A DNA stretch of 32,000 bases from Geotalea daltonii FRC-32 (GTDB taxonomy: Bacteria > Desulfobacterota > Desulfuromonadia > Geobacterales > Geobacteraceae): NCBI RefSeq assembly GCF_000022265.1, contig NC_011979.1:2370001-2402000 (forward strand). The letters run 5' to 3'. The first letter of the stretch is position 1. Each line of letters opens with the position of its first letter. The notes under the pieces were generated by a model that ran no database searches, was not told the DNA's origin, and saw nothing but the letters and a program-made list of their open reading frames with translations. Below are positions 7,856 through 15,134 of the stretch, in pieces. The position numbers and the translations under genes were made by a program.

Positions 7856-8734
7856 ATGATCAAAAGCATGACCGGCTACGGCAAAGCCGAGGCAGATTCA
7901 CAAACTGGCAAACTGACGGTGGAGATACGGTCGGTCAATCATCGCTATGGCGAGATTTTCGTCAAGCTGCCCCGGCTGTACATGCCCTTCGAGAATGAGG
8001 TGAAAAAGGCGGTTGGCCAAAAGCTGAAGCGGGGTAAGATAGAAGTCTTCATTCAGCGTGAGGAGACTGCTGCCGGCGGTGCCATGCCCGTTGTAAATCT
8101 GGAGCTGGCCAAGGGGTACTATCAGGCTTTTTCCAGTATCAGGGATGCCATCGGCTTGAAGGAAGAGGTGCCGCTCTCTCTAATTACCGGCCAGAGAGAT
8201 GTAATTGGCGCGGGTGAAATTGCTGCTGTTCCTGAGTCTGTCCCGACCGAGCTTCTTGCCGCTGTCGAGTCTGCTGCAAATAATCTGGATGCAATGCGCA
8301 GCCGGGAAGGTGAGGCCCTGCTGGATGATCTGCAAAAAAGGCGGGCTTTCCTTTCTGTTCTTATTGCGCGCATTGCCGGGCGTGCGCCGCAGGTGGTTGC
8401 CGATTATGCCGTCAGGCTCAAAGAGCGTGTGGCCCAGCTTTCCGGTGACAGTACCGTGACCGAGGAGCGTCTGGCCCAGGAAATAGCAATCATGGCCGAC
8501 CGTTGCGATATTACCGAAGAATTGGTTCGCTTCAACAGCCATCTGCAGCAATTTGACGAAACCATTGTCCTCACGGAACCGGTCGGTCGCAAGCTGGACT
8601 TTCTCCTGCAGGAGATCAACCGGGAGGTGAACACCATCGGTTCAAAGGCCAACGATGGGGAAATCGCGGCCTGTGTGGTCGAACTCAAGGCTGAACTTGA
8701 AAAGATCCGCGAACAGGTGCAAAATGTCGAGTGA
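7856..8734 (+). CDS. yicC: YicC-family stress-induced protein
   Basis: 292 aa. The MIKSMTGYGKAE start, SVNHRY, and C-terminal LLQEINREVNTIGSKAND are YicC/TIGR00255 hallmarks. AGGAG is at 7846-7850. Confidence 0.9.
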   Translation: MIKSMTGYGKAEADSQTGKLTVEIRSVNHRYGEIFVKLPRLYMPFENEVKKAVGQKLKRGKIEVFIQREETAAGGAMPVVNLELAKGYYQAFSSIRDAIGLKEEVPLSLITGQRDVIGAGEIAAVPESVPTELLAAVESAANNLDAMRSREGEALLDDLQKRRAFLSVLIARIAGRAPQVVADYAVRLKERVAQLSGDSTVTEERLAQEIAIMADRCDITEELVRFNSHLQQFDETIVLTEPVGRKLDFLLQEINREVNTIGSKANDGEIAACVVELKAELEKIREQVQNVE

Positions 8735-8758
8735 GACGGTGAATGGTGAGGGGTGAGG
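8731..8758 (+). repeat. Heptamer array C (left-type units only): GTGAGAC GGTGAAT GGTGAGG GGTGAGG
   Basis: Read directly. It overlaps the yicC stop (8732-8734) and runs into the purine-rich stretch before the gmk ATG at 8772. Confidence 0.8.
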
Positions 8759-8771
8759 GAAGGAAACGACA

Positions 8772-9380
8772 ATGAAACGTGAAGGTATTTTGTTTGTTAT
8801 TTCGGCTCCTTCGGGGGCGGGGAAGACCACGCTGTGCAAGGAAGTAATTGACATTTTCCCGAACTTGCGGCATTCTGTCAGCTACACTACGCGTTCTGCG
8901 AGGCCCGGCGAGGTACATGGCCGGGATTATTTTTTTATATCCCTTGATGAATTCAAACGCATGGTGGCAGCGGATGAATTTGCCGAATGGGCCGAGGTTC
9001 ATGGCAATTTTTACGGTACTGCCCTCAAAACCCTTGAAGAATATAAGACCAAGGGGATAGATGTCATACTGGATATCGACTGCCAGGGTGCGCATCAGCT
9101 GAAAAAAAGATATAATGGAGCCGTATACCTGTTTGTACTGCCCCCCAGCTACCAGGAGCTGCGCCGCCGTCTTGACTGCCGCAGTTCCGATGCCCCCGAG
9201 GTCATTGATCGCCGTATCGAGGCTGCTGCAGGCGAAATTAAAGAATCGCGCTGGTATGATTACATCATCATCAATGATGTTTTTCCCAAGGCGGTAGAAG
9301 AGTTGAAGTCAGTGCTGATTGCCGAGCAATGCAAGACAAATCGCGTACTGACAGGGGTATCTGAGTTGTTTGAGATATAG
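8772..9380 (+). CDS. gmk: Guanylate kinase
   Basis: 202 aa. P-loop is ISAPSGAGKTTL. Also present: SVSYTTRSARPGEVHGRDYFF and EWAEVHGNFYGT. Confidence 0.95.
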   Translation: MKREGILFVISAPSGAGKTTLCKEVIDIFPNLRHSVSYTTRSARPGEVHGRDYFFISLDEFKRMVAADEFAEWAEVHGNFYGTALKTLEEYKTKGIDVILDIDCQGAHQLKKRYNGAVYLFVLPPSYQELRRRLDCRSSDAPEVIDRRIEAAAGEIKESRWYDYIIINDVFPKAVEELKSVLIAEQCKTNRVLTGVSELFEI

Positions 9381-9384
9381 AGGC

Positions 9385-9458
9385 GGGGATTGGTGATTGG
9401 TGAGGTTTTAACCTCGAACTTCGAATTTTGAACATAGAACATAGAACATAGAACGGTT
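9385..9458 (+). repeat. Heptamer array D: GGGGATT GGTGATT GGTGAGG / T4 / AACCTCG AACTTCG AATTTTG (AACATAG)x3 AACGGTT
   Basis: Read directly. It fills almost the whole gmk-rpoZ gap. AGGAG at 9464-9468 follows. Confidence 0.9.
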
Positions 9459-9474
9459 TTTAAAGGAGCATATA

Positions 9475-9684
9475 ATGGCACGAGTTACCGTTGAGGATTG
9501 TCTGGAAAAGGTCGATAATCGCTTCCTGTTGGTGATGCTGGCGTCGAAAAGGGTGAAGCAGCTTTTCAAGGGTGCAAAGCCCCTCATAGACAACCGGGCC
9601 GCCAACAAGAACGTGGTCGTATCTCTTCGCGAAATTGCCGCCGGCAAAGTGAATTTCGAGATTAGCAGCCGCAAAAGCCGCTAA
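9475..9684 (+). CDS. rpoZ: DNA-directed RNA polymerase subunit omega
   Basis: 69 aa. [30 protein letters not shown] is the canonical RpoZ N-terminus. Confidence 0.95.
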   Translation: MARVTVEDCLEKVDNRFLLVMLASKRVKQLFKGAKPLIDNRAANKNVVVSLREIAAGKVNFEISSRKSR

Positions 9685-9697
9685 TCTCAAGGCTGTC

Positions 9698-9731
9698 AAA
9701 GGGGGGAACATTGCGCTTCCGCCCTTTTTTT
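9698..9731 (+). terminator. Putative intrinsic terminator after rpoZ
   Basis: GGGGGGAA (9701-9708) pairs with TTCCGCCC (9717-9724) with one mismatch. A T7 run follows at 9725-9731. Confidence 0.55.
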
Positions 9732-9744
9732 GTCTTCAAAATGC

Positions 9745-9800
9745 GGTGAGGAGCGAAGAGTGAGGAGAAACAGCTTTACCCCTCACACCTTACGCCTCAC
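9745..9800 (+). repeat. Heptamer array E, self-complementary variant: GGTGAGG AGCGAAG AGTGAGG ... CCCCTCAC ACCTTAC GCCTCAC
   Basis: The reverse complement of 9779-9800 (GTGAGGCGTAAGGTGTGAGGGG) aligns unit-by-unit with 9746-9767. This predicts an imperfect hairpin about 20 nt upstream of the relA ATG. Confidence 0.8.
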
Positions 9801-9819
9801 TGGGGGTTGCTGACTTTCA

Positions 9820-11970
9820 ATGATCAGGCTGAACGACATACTGGAAAAGGTTTCTTCCTATAATCCTTCCTGTGACCTGGAACTGGTAAGAAAGGCATAT
9901 GTTTTCTGTGCCAAGGTTCACCAGGGACAGACCAGGCTTTCGGGTGAGCCTTATCTTGTGCACCCCATGGAGGTGGCGGGGGTACTGGCTGAGCTGAAGC
10001 TTGATGTACCGACGGTCGTCACGGGTCTTCTCCATGATACGGTCGAGGATACCCTGACAACCCTTGAAGAACTGGAGGAAATGTTCGGCCCTGAAGTCGC
10101 CCGACTGGTTGACGGTGTTACGAAGATCGGCAAGATTCATTTCAAGACCAAGGAGGAGAGCCAGGCGGAAAACTTCCGCAAGATGCTTCTCGCCATGGCC
10201 AACGATATCCGTGTCATCCTGGTCAAGCTGGCCGACCGCTTGCACAATATGCGGACTCTTCAGTACCAGCCGGAACCGAAACAGCGGAGCATCGCCAAGG
10301 AAACGCTGGATATCTACGCGCCCATAGCCAATAGGCTCGGTATATCCTGGGTGAAAAGCGAGCTGGAGGACCTTTCTTTCCGCTACCTGGACCCGCAGAT
10401 CTATTACGATCTTGCATCCAAGGTGACCAAGAAGAAGAAAGAGCGCGAGACCTACGTGGATGAGGTGATGCAGATCATCAAGGCCAAGCTCGTGGATCAC
10501 GGCATAAAGGGAGAGGTGTCCGGCAGGAGCAAACACCTGTACTCCATCTACCGGAAGATGCAGAGCCGCAGTGTGGATATAGACGAGATTTACGACCTTA
10601 TCGCCATCCGCGTCATGGTCGAGGATATCAGGGAATGCTATGAAGTCCTCGGCATCATTCATTCCACCTGGAAGCCTATTCCTGGTCGCTTTAAAGATTA
10701 CATCGCCATGCCGAAGGGGAACATGTACCAATCCCTGCATACAACGGTGATAGGCCCCTATGGCGAGAGGATGGAGGTGCAGATCCGCACTTCGGAGATG
10801 CATCGGGTGGCAGAAGCGGGCATCGCTGCCCACTGGAAATACAAGGAAGGCAAAGGTTATGATGAAAAAGAGGTAAAGCGCTTCACTTGGTTGCGCCAGT
10901 TGCTGGAATGGCAGCAAGAGCTGGATGATTCACGGGAATTCATGGACACCGTGAAGGTCGAACTCTTTCCGGAGGAGGTCTATGTCTTCACGCCCAAGGG
11001 GGATGTGAAAGGCTATCCCAAGGGATCGACGCCAATAGACTTTGCCTATAGCGTCCATACGGACGTCGGCCATCGCTGTGTGGGCGCCAAGGTAAACGGC
11101 AAGCTCGTGCCGTTGAAATATGAGCTGAAGAATGGCGATATAGTTGAGGTCATCACTTCACCCCACCATACCCCCAGTAAGGACTGGCTGAAAATAGTGA
11201 GGAGCTCCCGGGCAAGGAACAAGATCCGTGCCTGGATCAAGACCGAAGAGCGGTTGCGCAGCATAACCCTTGGCCGGGAAATCTGTGAAAAGGAGTTCCG
11301 CCGCTATTCCCAGAACTTTTCAAAAGTGCAGAAAACAGGCGAGCTGAAACGGGTGGTTGGCGAATTCGGTTTCGTCGGCGAAGACGACCTGATGGCAGCG
11401 GTTGGCTATGGCAAGCTGTCATGCCAGCAGATCCTGGGCAAGCTTTTCCCGGCCGAGAAATTCGAAGAGGCCCAGGACCGCAAGGAAACCCGCGTCGGCA
11501 AGGTTATCCAGAAACTCAAGGGTAAATCTTCCAGTGCCATACAGATCAGCGGTGTGGACGATGTCCTGGTTCGTTTCGGCAAGTGCTGTAATCCTTTGCC
11601 CGGCGACGACATCGTTGGCTTCATTACCAGGGGGCGCGGAGTCACGGTGCATACCGCCGACTGTCCCTTTGCCCTGGATAGCGATCCGCAGCGACGTATC
11701 GACGTGGCTTGGAACAAGGGTAAAAAAACGGCCCTGCCGGTCAAGATGCGGATCGCCTGTCACGACGAAAAAGGAATTCTGGCCAATATCACCACCGCCA
11801 TCACCAACTGCGAAGCAAACATCGTTAGTGCATCCATCCAGAGCACCGTCGACAAGAGGGGCATCAATACGTTCGAAGTGGATGTAACCGATCTGGATCA
11901 CCTGAACAGGGTCTTCAACAGCGTCATGAAGGTGAAGGGCGTGATCAAGGTGGACCGGCTCAAGTCTTAG
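9820..11970 (+). CDS. relA: Bifunctional (p)ppGpp synthetase/hydrolase (RelA/SpoT homologue, Rel type)
   Basis: 716 aa. The HD hydrolase motif is intact (HPMEVAGVLAEL...LLHDTVEDT). The synthetase region has RSKHLYSIYRKM and DLIAIRV. TGS (VFTPKGD) and C-terminal ACT-like regions are present. Confidence 0.95.
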   Translation: MIRLNDILEKVSSYNPSCDLELVRKAYVFCAKVHQGQTRLSGEPYLVHPMEVAGVLAELKLDVPTVVTGLLHDTVEDTLTTLEELEEMFGPEVARLVDGVTKIGKIHFKTKEESQAENFRKMLLAMANDIRVILVKLADRLHNMRTLQYQPEPKQRSIAKETLDIYAPIANRLGISWVKSELEDLSFRYLDPQIYYDLASKVTKKKKERETYVDEVMQIIKAKLVDHGIKGEVSGRSKHLYSIYRKMQSRSVDIDEIYDLIAIRVMVEDIRECYEVLGIIHSTWKPIPGRFKDYIAMPKGNMYQSLHTTVIGPYGERMEVQIRTSEMHRVAEAGIAAHWKYKEGKGYDEKEVKRFTWLRQLLEWQQELDDSREFMDTVKVELFPEEVYVFTPKGDVKGYPKGSTPIDFAYSVHTDVGHRCVGAKVNGKLVPLKYELKNGDIVEVITSPHHTPSKDWLKIVRSSRARNKIRAWIKTEERLRSITLGREICEKEFRRYSQNFSKVQKTGELKRVVGEFGFVGEDDLMAAVGYGKLSCQQILGKLFPAEKFEEAQDRKETRVGKVIQKLKGKSSSAIQISGVDDVLVRFGKCCNPLPGDDIVGFITRGRGVTVHTADCPFALDSDPQRRIDVAWNKGKKTALPVKMRIACHDEKGILANITTAITNCEANIVSASIQSTVDKRGINTFEVDVTDLDHLNRVFNSVMKVKGVIKVDRLKS

Positions 11971-11974
11971 AGAC

Positions 11975-12053
11975 GGTGATTGGTGATTGGTGATTGGTGA
12001 GGAGCTGTGCCGCTTTTTAACATCGAACCTTGAACTTCGAACGTAGAACTGTC
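11975..12053 (+). repeat. Heptamer array F: (GGTGATT)x3 GGTGAGG / AGCTGTGCCGCTTTTT / AACATCG AACCTTG AACTTCG AACGTAG AACTGTC
   Basis: Read directly. It starts 4 nt after the relA stop and ends 15 nt before the ridA ATG. Confidence 0.9.
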
Positions 12054-12068
12054 TGTATGGGGGAATTT

Positions 12069-12455
12069 ATGAAAAAACAAATAATCGCTACGGAAAAGGC
12101 GCCAAAAGCCATTGGACCATATTCCCAAGGGGTGAAAGCGGGTGGCTTTATCTTTTTTTCCGGGCAGATCCCACTTGATCCTGTGACGGGAGAGATACGA
12201 GGCGCCACTTGTGCCGAGCAGGCGGAGCAGGTCATGGAAAACATCGGCGCCATGTTGGCAGCGGTCGGTGTCGATTTTACCGCCGTGGTGAAAACAACCA
12301 TCTTCCTTACGGACTTGGCAGATTTTGCGGCAGTCAATGAGATTTACGGCAGGAGATTCCCAGTGGACCCGCCGGCTCGTTCCACTGTGGAGGTGAAGGG
12401 GCTGCCCCGGGGGGTAAAGGTTGAGATCGAGGTTATAGCTTTCGGTGATTGGTGA
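12069..12455 (+). CDS. ridA: RidA-family reactive-intermediate deaminase (YjgF/TdcF)
   Basis: The ORF track starts at 12030. ATG 12069 with GGGGGA upstream gives MKKQIIATEKAPKAIGPYSQGV..., the typical RidA start. The last four codons and the stop (GGT GAT TGG TGA) are made of GGTGATT repeat units. Confidence 0.9.
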   Translation: MKKQIIATEKAPKAIGPYSQGVKAGGFIFFSGQIPLDPVTGEIRGATCAEQAEQVMENIGAMLAAVGVDFTAVVKTTIFLTDLADFAAVNEIYGRRFPVDPPARSTVEVKGLPRGVKVEIEVIAFGDW

Positions 12456-12526
12456 TTGGTGATTGGTGATTGGTGATTGGTGATTGGTGATTGGTGATTG
12501 GTGATTGGTGGCGGTGACGGGTGACG
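12444..12526 (+). repeat. Heptamer array G, left arm: (GGTGATT)x9 GGTGGC (GGTGACG)x2
   Basis: Nine perfect tandem GGTGATT units span 12444-12506. It is the longest array in the window and overlaps the ridA 3' end. Confidence 0.95.
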
Positions 12527-12540
12527 AGGTCCGGTGTCTT

Positions 12541-12598
12541 TTGTCACAAGTCACGTGTCACTTGTCACTGCTTTAATGTCACTTGTCACCGCTTTAAA
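12541..12598 (+). repeat. Array G, inner module: (NNGTCAC)x6 including a 21-nt direct repeat TGTCACTTGTCAC[T/C]GCTTTAA x2; complementary to the GGTGAC units at 12513-12526
   Basis: GTCAC occurs at 12543, 12550, 12557, 12564, 12578 and 12585. The 21-mers at 12556-12576 and 12577-12597 differ at one base. Confidence 0.9.
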
Positions 12599-12604
12599 CC
12601 TACG

Positions 12605-12637
12605 AAAAAAAGCCGCCAACGAATACTCGCGGCGGCT
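12605..12637 (-). terminator. Intrinsic terminator of rpmB
   Basis: The minus strand reads AGCCGCCGCGAGTATTCGTTGGCGGCTTTTTTT. This is a GCCGCC/GGCGGC stem followed by T7. Confidence 0.75.
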
Positions 12638-12651
12638 TAGCTTAAGATTGT

Positions 12652-12679
12652 AACCTCGAACCTAGAACTTAGAACAGTT
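12652..12679 (+). repeat. Array G, right arm: AACCTCG AACCTAG AACTTAG AACAGTT
   Basis: Read directly. It lies between the rpmB stop codon (12681-12683) and the rpmB terminator. Confidence 0.85.
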
Positions 12680-12680
12680 T

Positions 12681-12872
12681 TTAGAGCGCCTTCGTTACAT
12701 GGCCTGAGCGGATGCAGCGGGTGCAGACCTTGATGCTGCGAACGGTTCCGTTTTTAACGGCTTTTATCTTCTGCAGGTTGGGGTACCAGGTTCTGCTGGT
12801 TTTGTTATTGGCGTGGCTGACGTTGTTACCGAAGCTCGGACCTTTACCGCATATTTCACATACTTTGGACAT
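12681..12872 (-). CDS. rpmB: 50S ribosomal protein L28
   Basis: [34 protein letters not shown]... (63 aa) from ATG 12872, with GGAGGG 7 nt upstream. The longer 84-aa ORF start at 12935 was rejected. Confidence 0.95.
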   Translation of the reverse strand: MSKVCEICGKGPSFGNNVSHANNKTSRTWYPNLQKIKAVKNGTVRSIKVCTRCIRSGHVTKAL

Positions 12873-12906
12873 ATCTCTGTACCCTCCGAATTTACTGAAG
12901 CTGTTA

Positions 12907-12935
12907 TTTATAGCAAAAACCCTATGGTGATGCAA
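12907..12935 (-). promoter_or_regulatory. Candidate sigma70-type promoter for rpmB (TTGCAT-17 nt-TATAAA on the minus strand)
   Basis: The reverse complement of 12907-12935 reads TTGCAT CACCATAGGGTTTTTGC TATAAA. This is about 35 nt upstream of the rpmB ATG. Confidence 0.4.
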
Positions 12936-12967
12936 GTTAAATTTTTGCGCAGTTACTTTAAAGGATT

Positions 12968-13570
12968 ATGAAAATGGCCTTTTTGCGTGGCATATTCTCT
13001 TTATTTGTCATAGTTCTGCTGGTAATTGTCGTGCTATTTGTTGATTTTACCTATAAAACTTTTTCCCAACGGCAGCGGGATCTGAACTGTGATGCCATCG
13101 TCGTTCTTGCCGGGGGAAGGGGACGTATCGAAGAAGGCAGCCGCTTATATCGGGAAAACCATGCCCGCTGGCTTTTTCTGATCGGTGTCGATCCTTCGGT
13201 GCGCAAAAGCGATCTTTTCCGGGAGCGGAAGGGGGAGCGAAGCGGAGAAGGGGTTTATCTGGAGAAAGTATCCCGCAACACCCTAGAAAATGCACTCTAT
13301 GCCAGGGAAATGATAGTAGGGCGCAATATCGATTCCATAGAACTCATCACATCGCGCTATCACATGAAGCGGGCCACTCTCATTTTCCGCCACGTCCTGC
13401 CGAAAGACATCGCCATCTATCCCCATCCGGTGGATACGAAAAACCTGAAGGAGGAATGGTGGAATCACAGCGGCAGTTTCCGGCTGCTCTTCAGCGAGTT
13501 CTACAAGTATTGTCTTTTTAGGGTTTTCTTCCTCTTTGCCCCAACCGAGCTGCAGTCTGCTGTGAAATAG
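12968..13570 (+). CDS. YdcF/ElyC-family (DUF218) membrane-anchored protein
   Basis: 200 aa. It has an N-terminal TM helix, then AIVVLAGGRGRIEEGSRLY and SRNTLENALYAREM...ITSRYHMKRA, which are DUF218 motifs. Confidence 0.8.
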   Translation: MKMAFLRGIFSLFVIVLLVIVVLFVDFTYKTFSQRQRDLNCDAIVVLAGGRGRIEEGSRLYRENHARWLFLIGVDPSVRKSDLFRERKGERSGEGVYLEKVSRNTLENALYAREMIVGRNIDSIELITSRYHMKRATLIFRHVLPKDIAIYPHPVDTKNLKEEWWNHSGSFRLLFSEFYKYCLFRVFFLFAPTELQSAVK

Positions 13571-13604
13571 GGCCCCGACTATGGGATTGTTCCCTAAGTT
13601 TACC

Positions 13605-15134
13605 CTATTCTGCTTTTTCTTCTATCCTGGGGAATAATGCTTCGGCTTTGGTAACCTGTGTTCCCGATTCCAGTCCGCCCCACCGCAGGCCATTTTCATT
13701 CGGTGCATCGGTAACGCCCAGGTAGGAGAGGGCTTTGACCGCTGTCTGGGGCATGAATGCGGAGACAAGTTGATAGACGATGCGCTGGGACTCCAGCAGG
13801 CAATACATGACCGTTGCAAGCCTTTCCTTCTGGACCGGATCCTTGGCCAGGGTCCATGGGGCGGTCTCGTCGATATACTTGTTACCGGCTGAGACCACTT
13901 CCCATATGGCTTGCAATGCCTTGCTGAAAGCCAGTTCTTCCAGATGCATATCCACCTGTCGCACCATTTCCCTTGTTTTTTCCTGGTACGCCAGATCCAT
14001 ATCGGTGAGATCGGCCGGTGCCTGTACGGTTCCGCCGAAATACTTGTTGAGCATGGCCGTAGAGCGATTGAGCAGATTGCCAAGATCGTTGGCCAGGTCG
14101 GAATTGATGCGGTGCACCAGTGCCGAATGGGAGAAGTCGCCGTCCAGGCCGAAGGGAACCTCGCGCAGCAGGAAGTATCTGACGGCATCCACTCCGTACT
14201 TTTCCACGAGCATGTTGGGCTCAACCACATTTTGCAGGCTTTTGCTCATCTTCTGCCCTTCGATGGTCCACCAGCCATGGGCGAAGACCTTTTTCGGCAG
14301 AGGAAGTCCGGCCGCCATGAGAAATGTGGGCCAGTAGACAGCATGGAAGCGAAGGATGTCCTTGCCGATCAGATGGGCATCCACCGGCCAGAATTTATCG
14401 AAGTTGCCCGATTCTTCAGGATAACCCAATGCAGTGATGTAGTTGGCCAAGGCATCGAACCAGACGTAGATGATGTGCTTGTCGTTGCCGGGGACGGGAA
14501 TGCCCCAGCTGAAGGTGGTGCGGGAGACGGAAAGATCTCTCAACCCTTCCTTGACGAAGGAGATGATCTCGTTACGCCGCGATTTGGGCTGGATAAAATC
14601 GGGATTGGCTTCTATGTGGGCCAGGAGCTGCTCCTGGTATTTGCTCATCCTGAAGAAGTAGGATTCTTCCTTGAGCTTCTCCGTGGGGCGGTTGCAATCG
14701 GGGCATTTGTAGTCGATAAGCTGGGTCTCGGTCCAGAATGTCTCACACGGCGTGCAGTACCAGTCTTCGTACTCCCCCAGGTAAATGTCTCCCTTTTCCA
14801 TGACATCTTTGAATATCTTCGAAACCCCTTTTTTATGGCGCTCCTGGGTGGTGCGGATGAAGTCGGTGTATGAGATATCCAGCTTTTCCCATAGCGCCTG
14901 AAAGCGCTTCATAACCCGGTCTGCCAGTTCCTGTGGCGTCTCGCCTGCTGCGTTGGCCGCCTTTTCCACCTTTTGGCCATGTTCATCGGTGCCGGTGAGG
15001 AAGAAGACCTCATAGCCCTTCAGGCGCCTGTAGCGAGCCAGGACATCCGCTGCCAGTGTCGTATAGGCGTGCCCGATGTGGGGAACGTCATTAACATAGT
15101 AAATGGGCGTTGTAACATAAAAGGCGCGGCTCAT
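13605..15134 (-). CDS. metG: Methionine--tRNA ligase (short form without C-terminal tRNA-binding domain)
   Basis: 509 aa. HIGH motif is DVPHIGHAY and KMSKS is GQKMSKSLQN. The zinc knuckle is CTPCETFW...CPDCNRP. Confidence 0.95.
   Translation of the reverse strand: MSRAFYVTTPIYYVNDVPHIGHAYTTLAADVLARYRRLKGYEVFFLTGTDEHGQKVEKAANAAGETPQELADRVMKRFQALWEKLDISYTDFIRTTQERHKKGVSKIFKDVMEKGDIYLGEYEDWYCTPCETFWTETQLIDYKCPDCNRPTEKLKEESYFFRMSKYQEQLLAHIEANPDFIQPKSRRNEIISFVKEGLRDLSVSRTTFSWGIPVPGNDKHIIYVWFDALANYITALGYPEESGNFDKFWPVDAHLIGKDILRFHAVYWPTFLMAAGLPLPKKVFAHGWWTIEGQKMSKSLQNVVEPNMLVEKYGVDAVRYFLLREVPFGLDGDFSHSALVHRINSDLANDLGNLLNRSTAMLNKYFGGTVQAPADLTDMDLAYQEKTREMVRQVDMHLEELAFSKALQAIWEVVSAGNKYIDETAPWTLAKDPVQKERLATVMYCLLESQRIVYQLVSAFMPQTAVKALSYLGVTDAPNENGLRWGGLESGTQVTKAEALFPRIEEKAE

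Noticed and set aside
9427-9454. Sigma70-like hexamers inside the right arms (TTGAAC-16 nt-TAGAAC before rpoZ; TTGAAC at 12030 before ridA)
   Set aside because: The matches arise from the repeat unit itself, and spacing is inconsistent between arrays. They cannot be distinguished from low-complexity coincidence without 5'-end data.
9410-9458. tRNA-like 'GGTTCGA' T-loop strings on the minus strand of the right arms (also 6444-6464, 12652-12665)
   Set aside because: This is only the heptamer unit CGAGGTT/CGAAGTT repeating. There is no acceptor stem, anticodon arm or D-arm around it.
9817-10917. 366-aa minus-strand ORF antisense to relA/spoT
   Set aside because: It is a shadow ORF opposite a highly conserved gene. 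The translation has no recognisable motifs, and its His/Leu/Gly-rich composition is typical of antisense frames.
12030-12068. Upstream-extended starts offered by the ORF track (ridA 12030, rpmB 12935, rnc GTG 17888, der 20605, wzi GTG 4693, zinc-ribbon TTG 28883)
   Set aside because: Internal ATGs give N-termini matching the family consensus, have better Shine-Dalgarno spacing, or produce the typical ATGA overlap. The extensions run into upstream genes or repeat arrays.
11967-12554. 195-aa minus-strand ORF (and the 67-aa ORF 12344..12547) encoding repeated NHQSPIT heptapeptides
   Set aside because: The repeat peptide is just (AATCACC)n read in three frames. The ORF runs antisense through ridA and two intergenic arrays, has no credible start context, and overlaps a well-supported gene.
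6379-12679. Could the periodic arrays be a CRISPR array or minisatellite-encoded protein repeats?
   Set aside because: The period is 7 nt with no unique spacers and no cas genes, so they are not CRISPR. They are intergenic and stop-rich on the coding strand, so they are not protein repeats.
13571-13604. Possible bidirectional terminator between the convergent ydcF-like gene and metG
   Set aside because: Only a 4-bp GGGA/TCCC stem with no U-tract. Too weak to call.
13911-14873. 320-aa plus-strand ORF (and 13780..14337) antisense to metG
   Set aside because: Shadow ORFs opposite a gene with HIGH/KMSKS motifs. No independent support.
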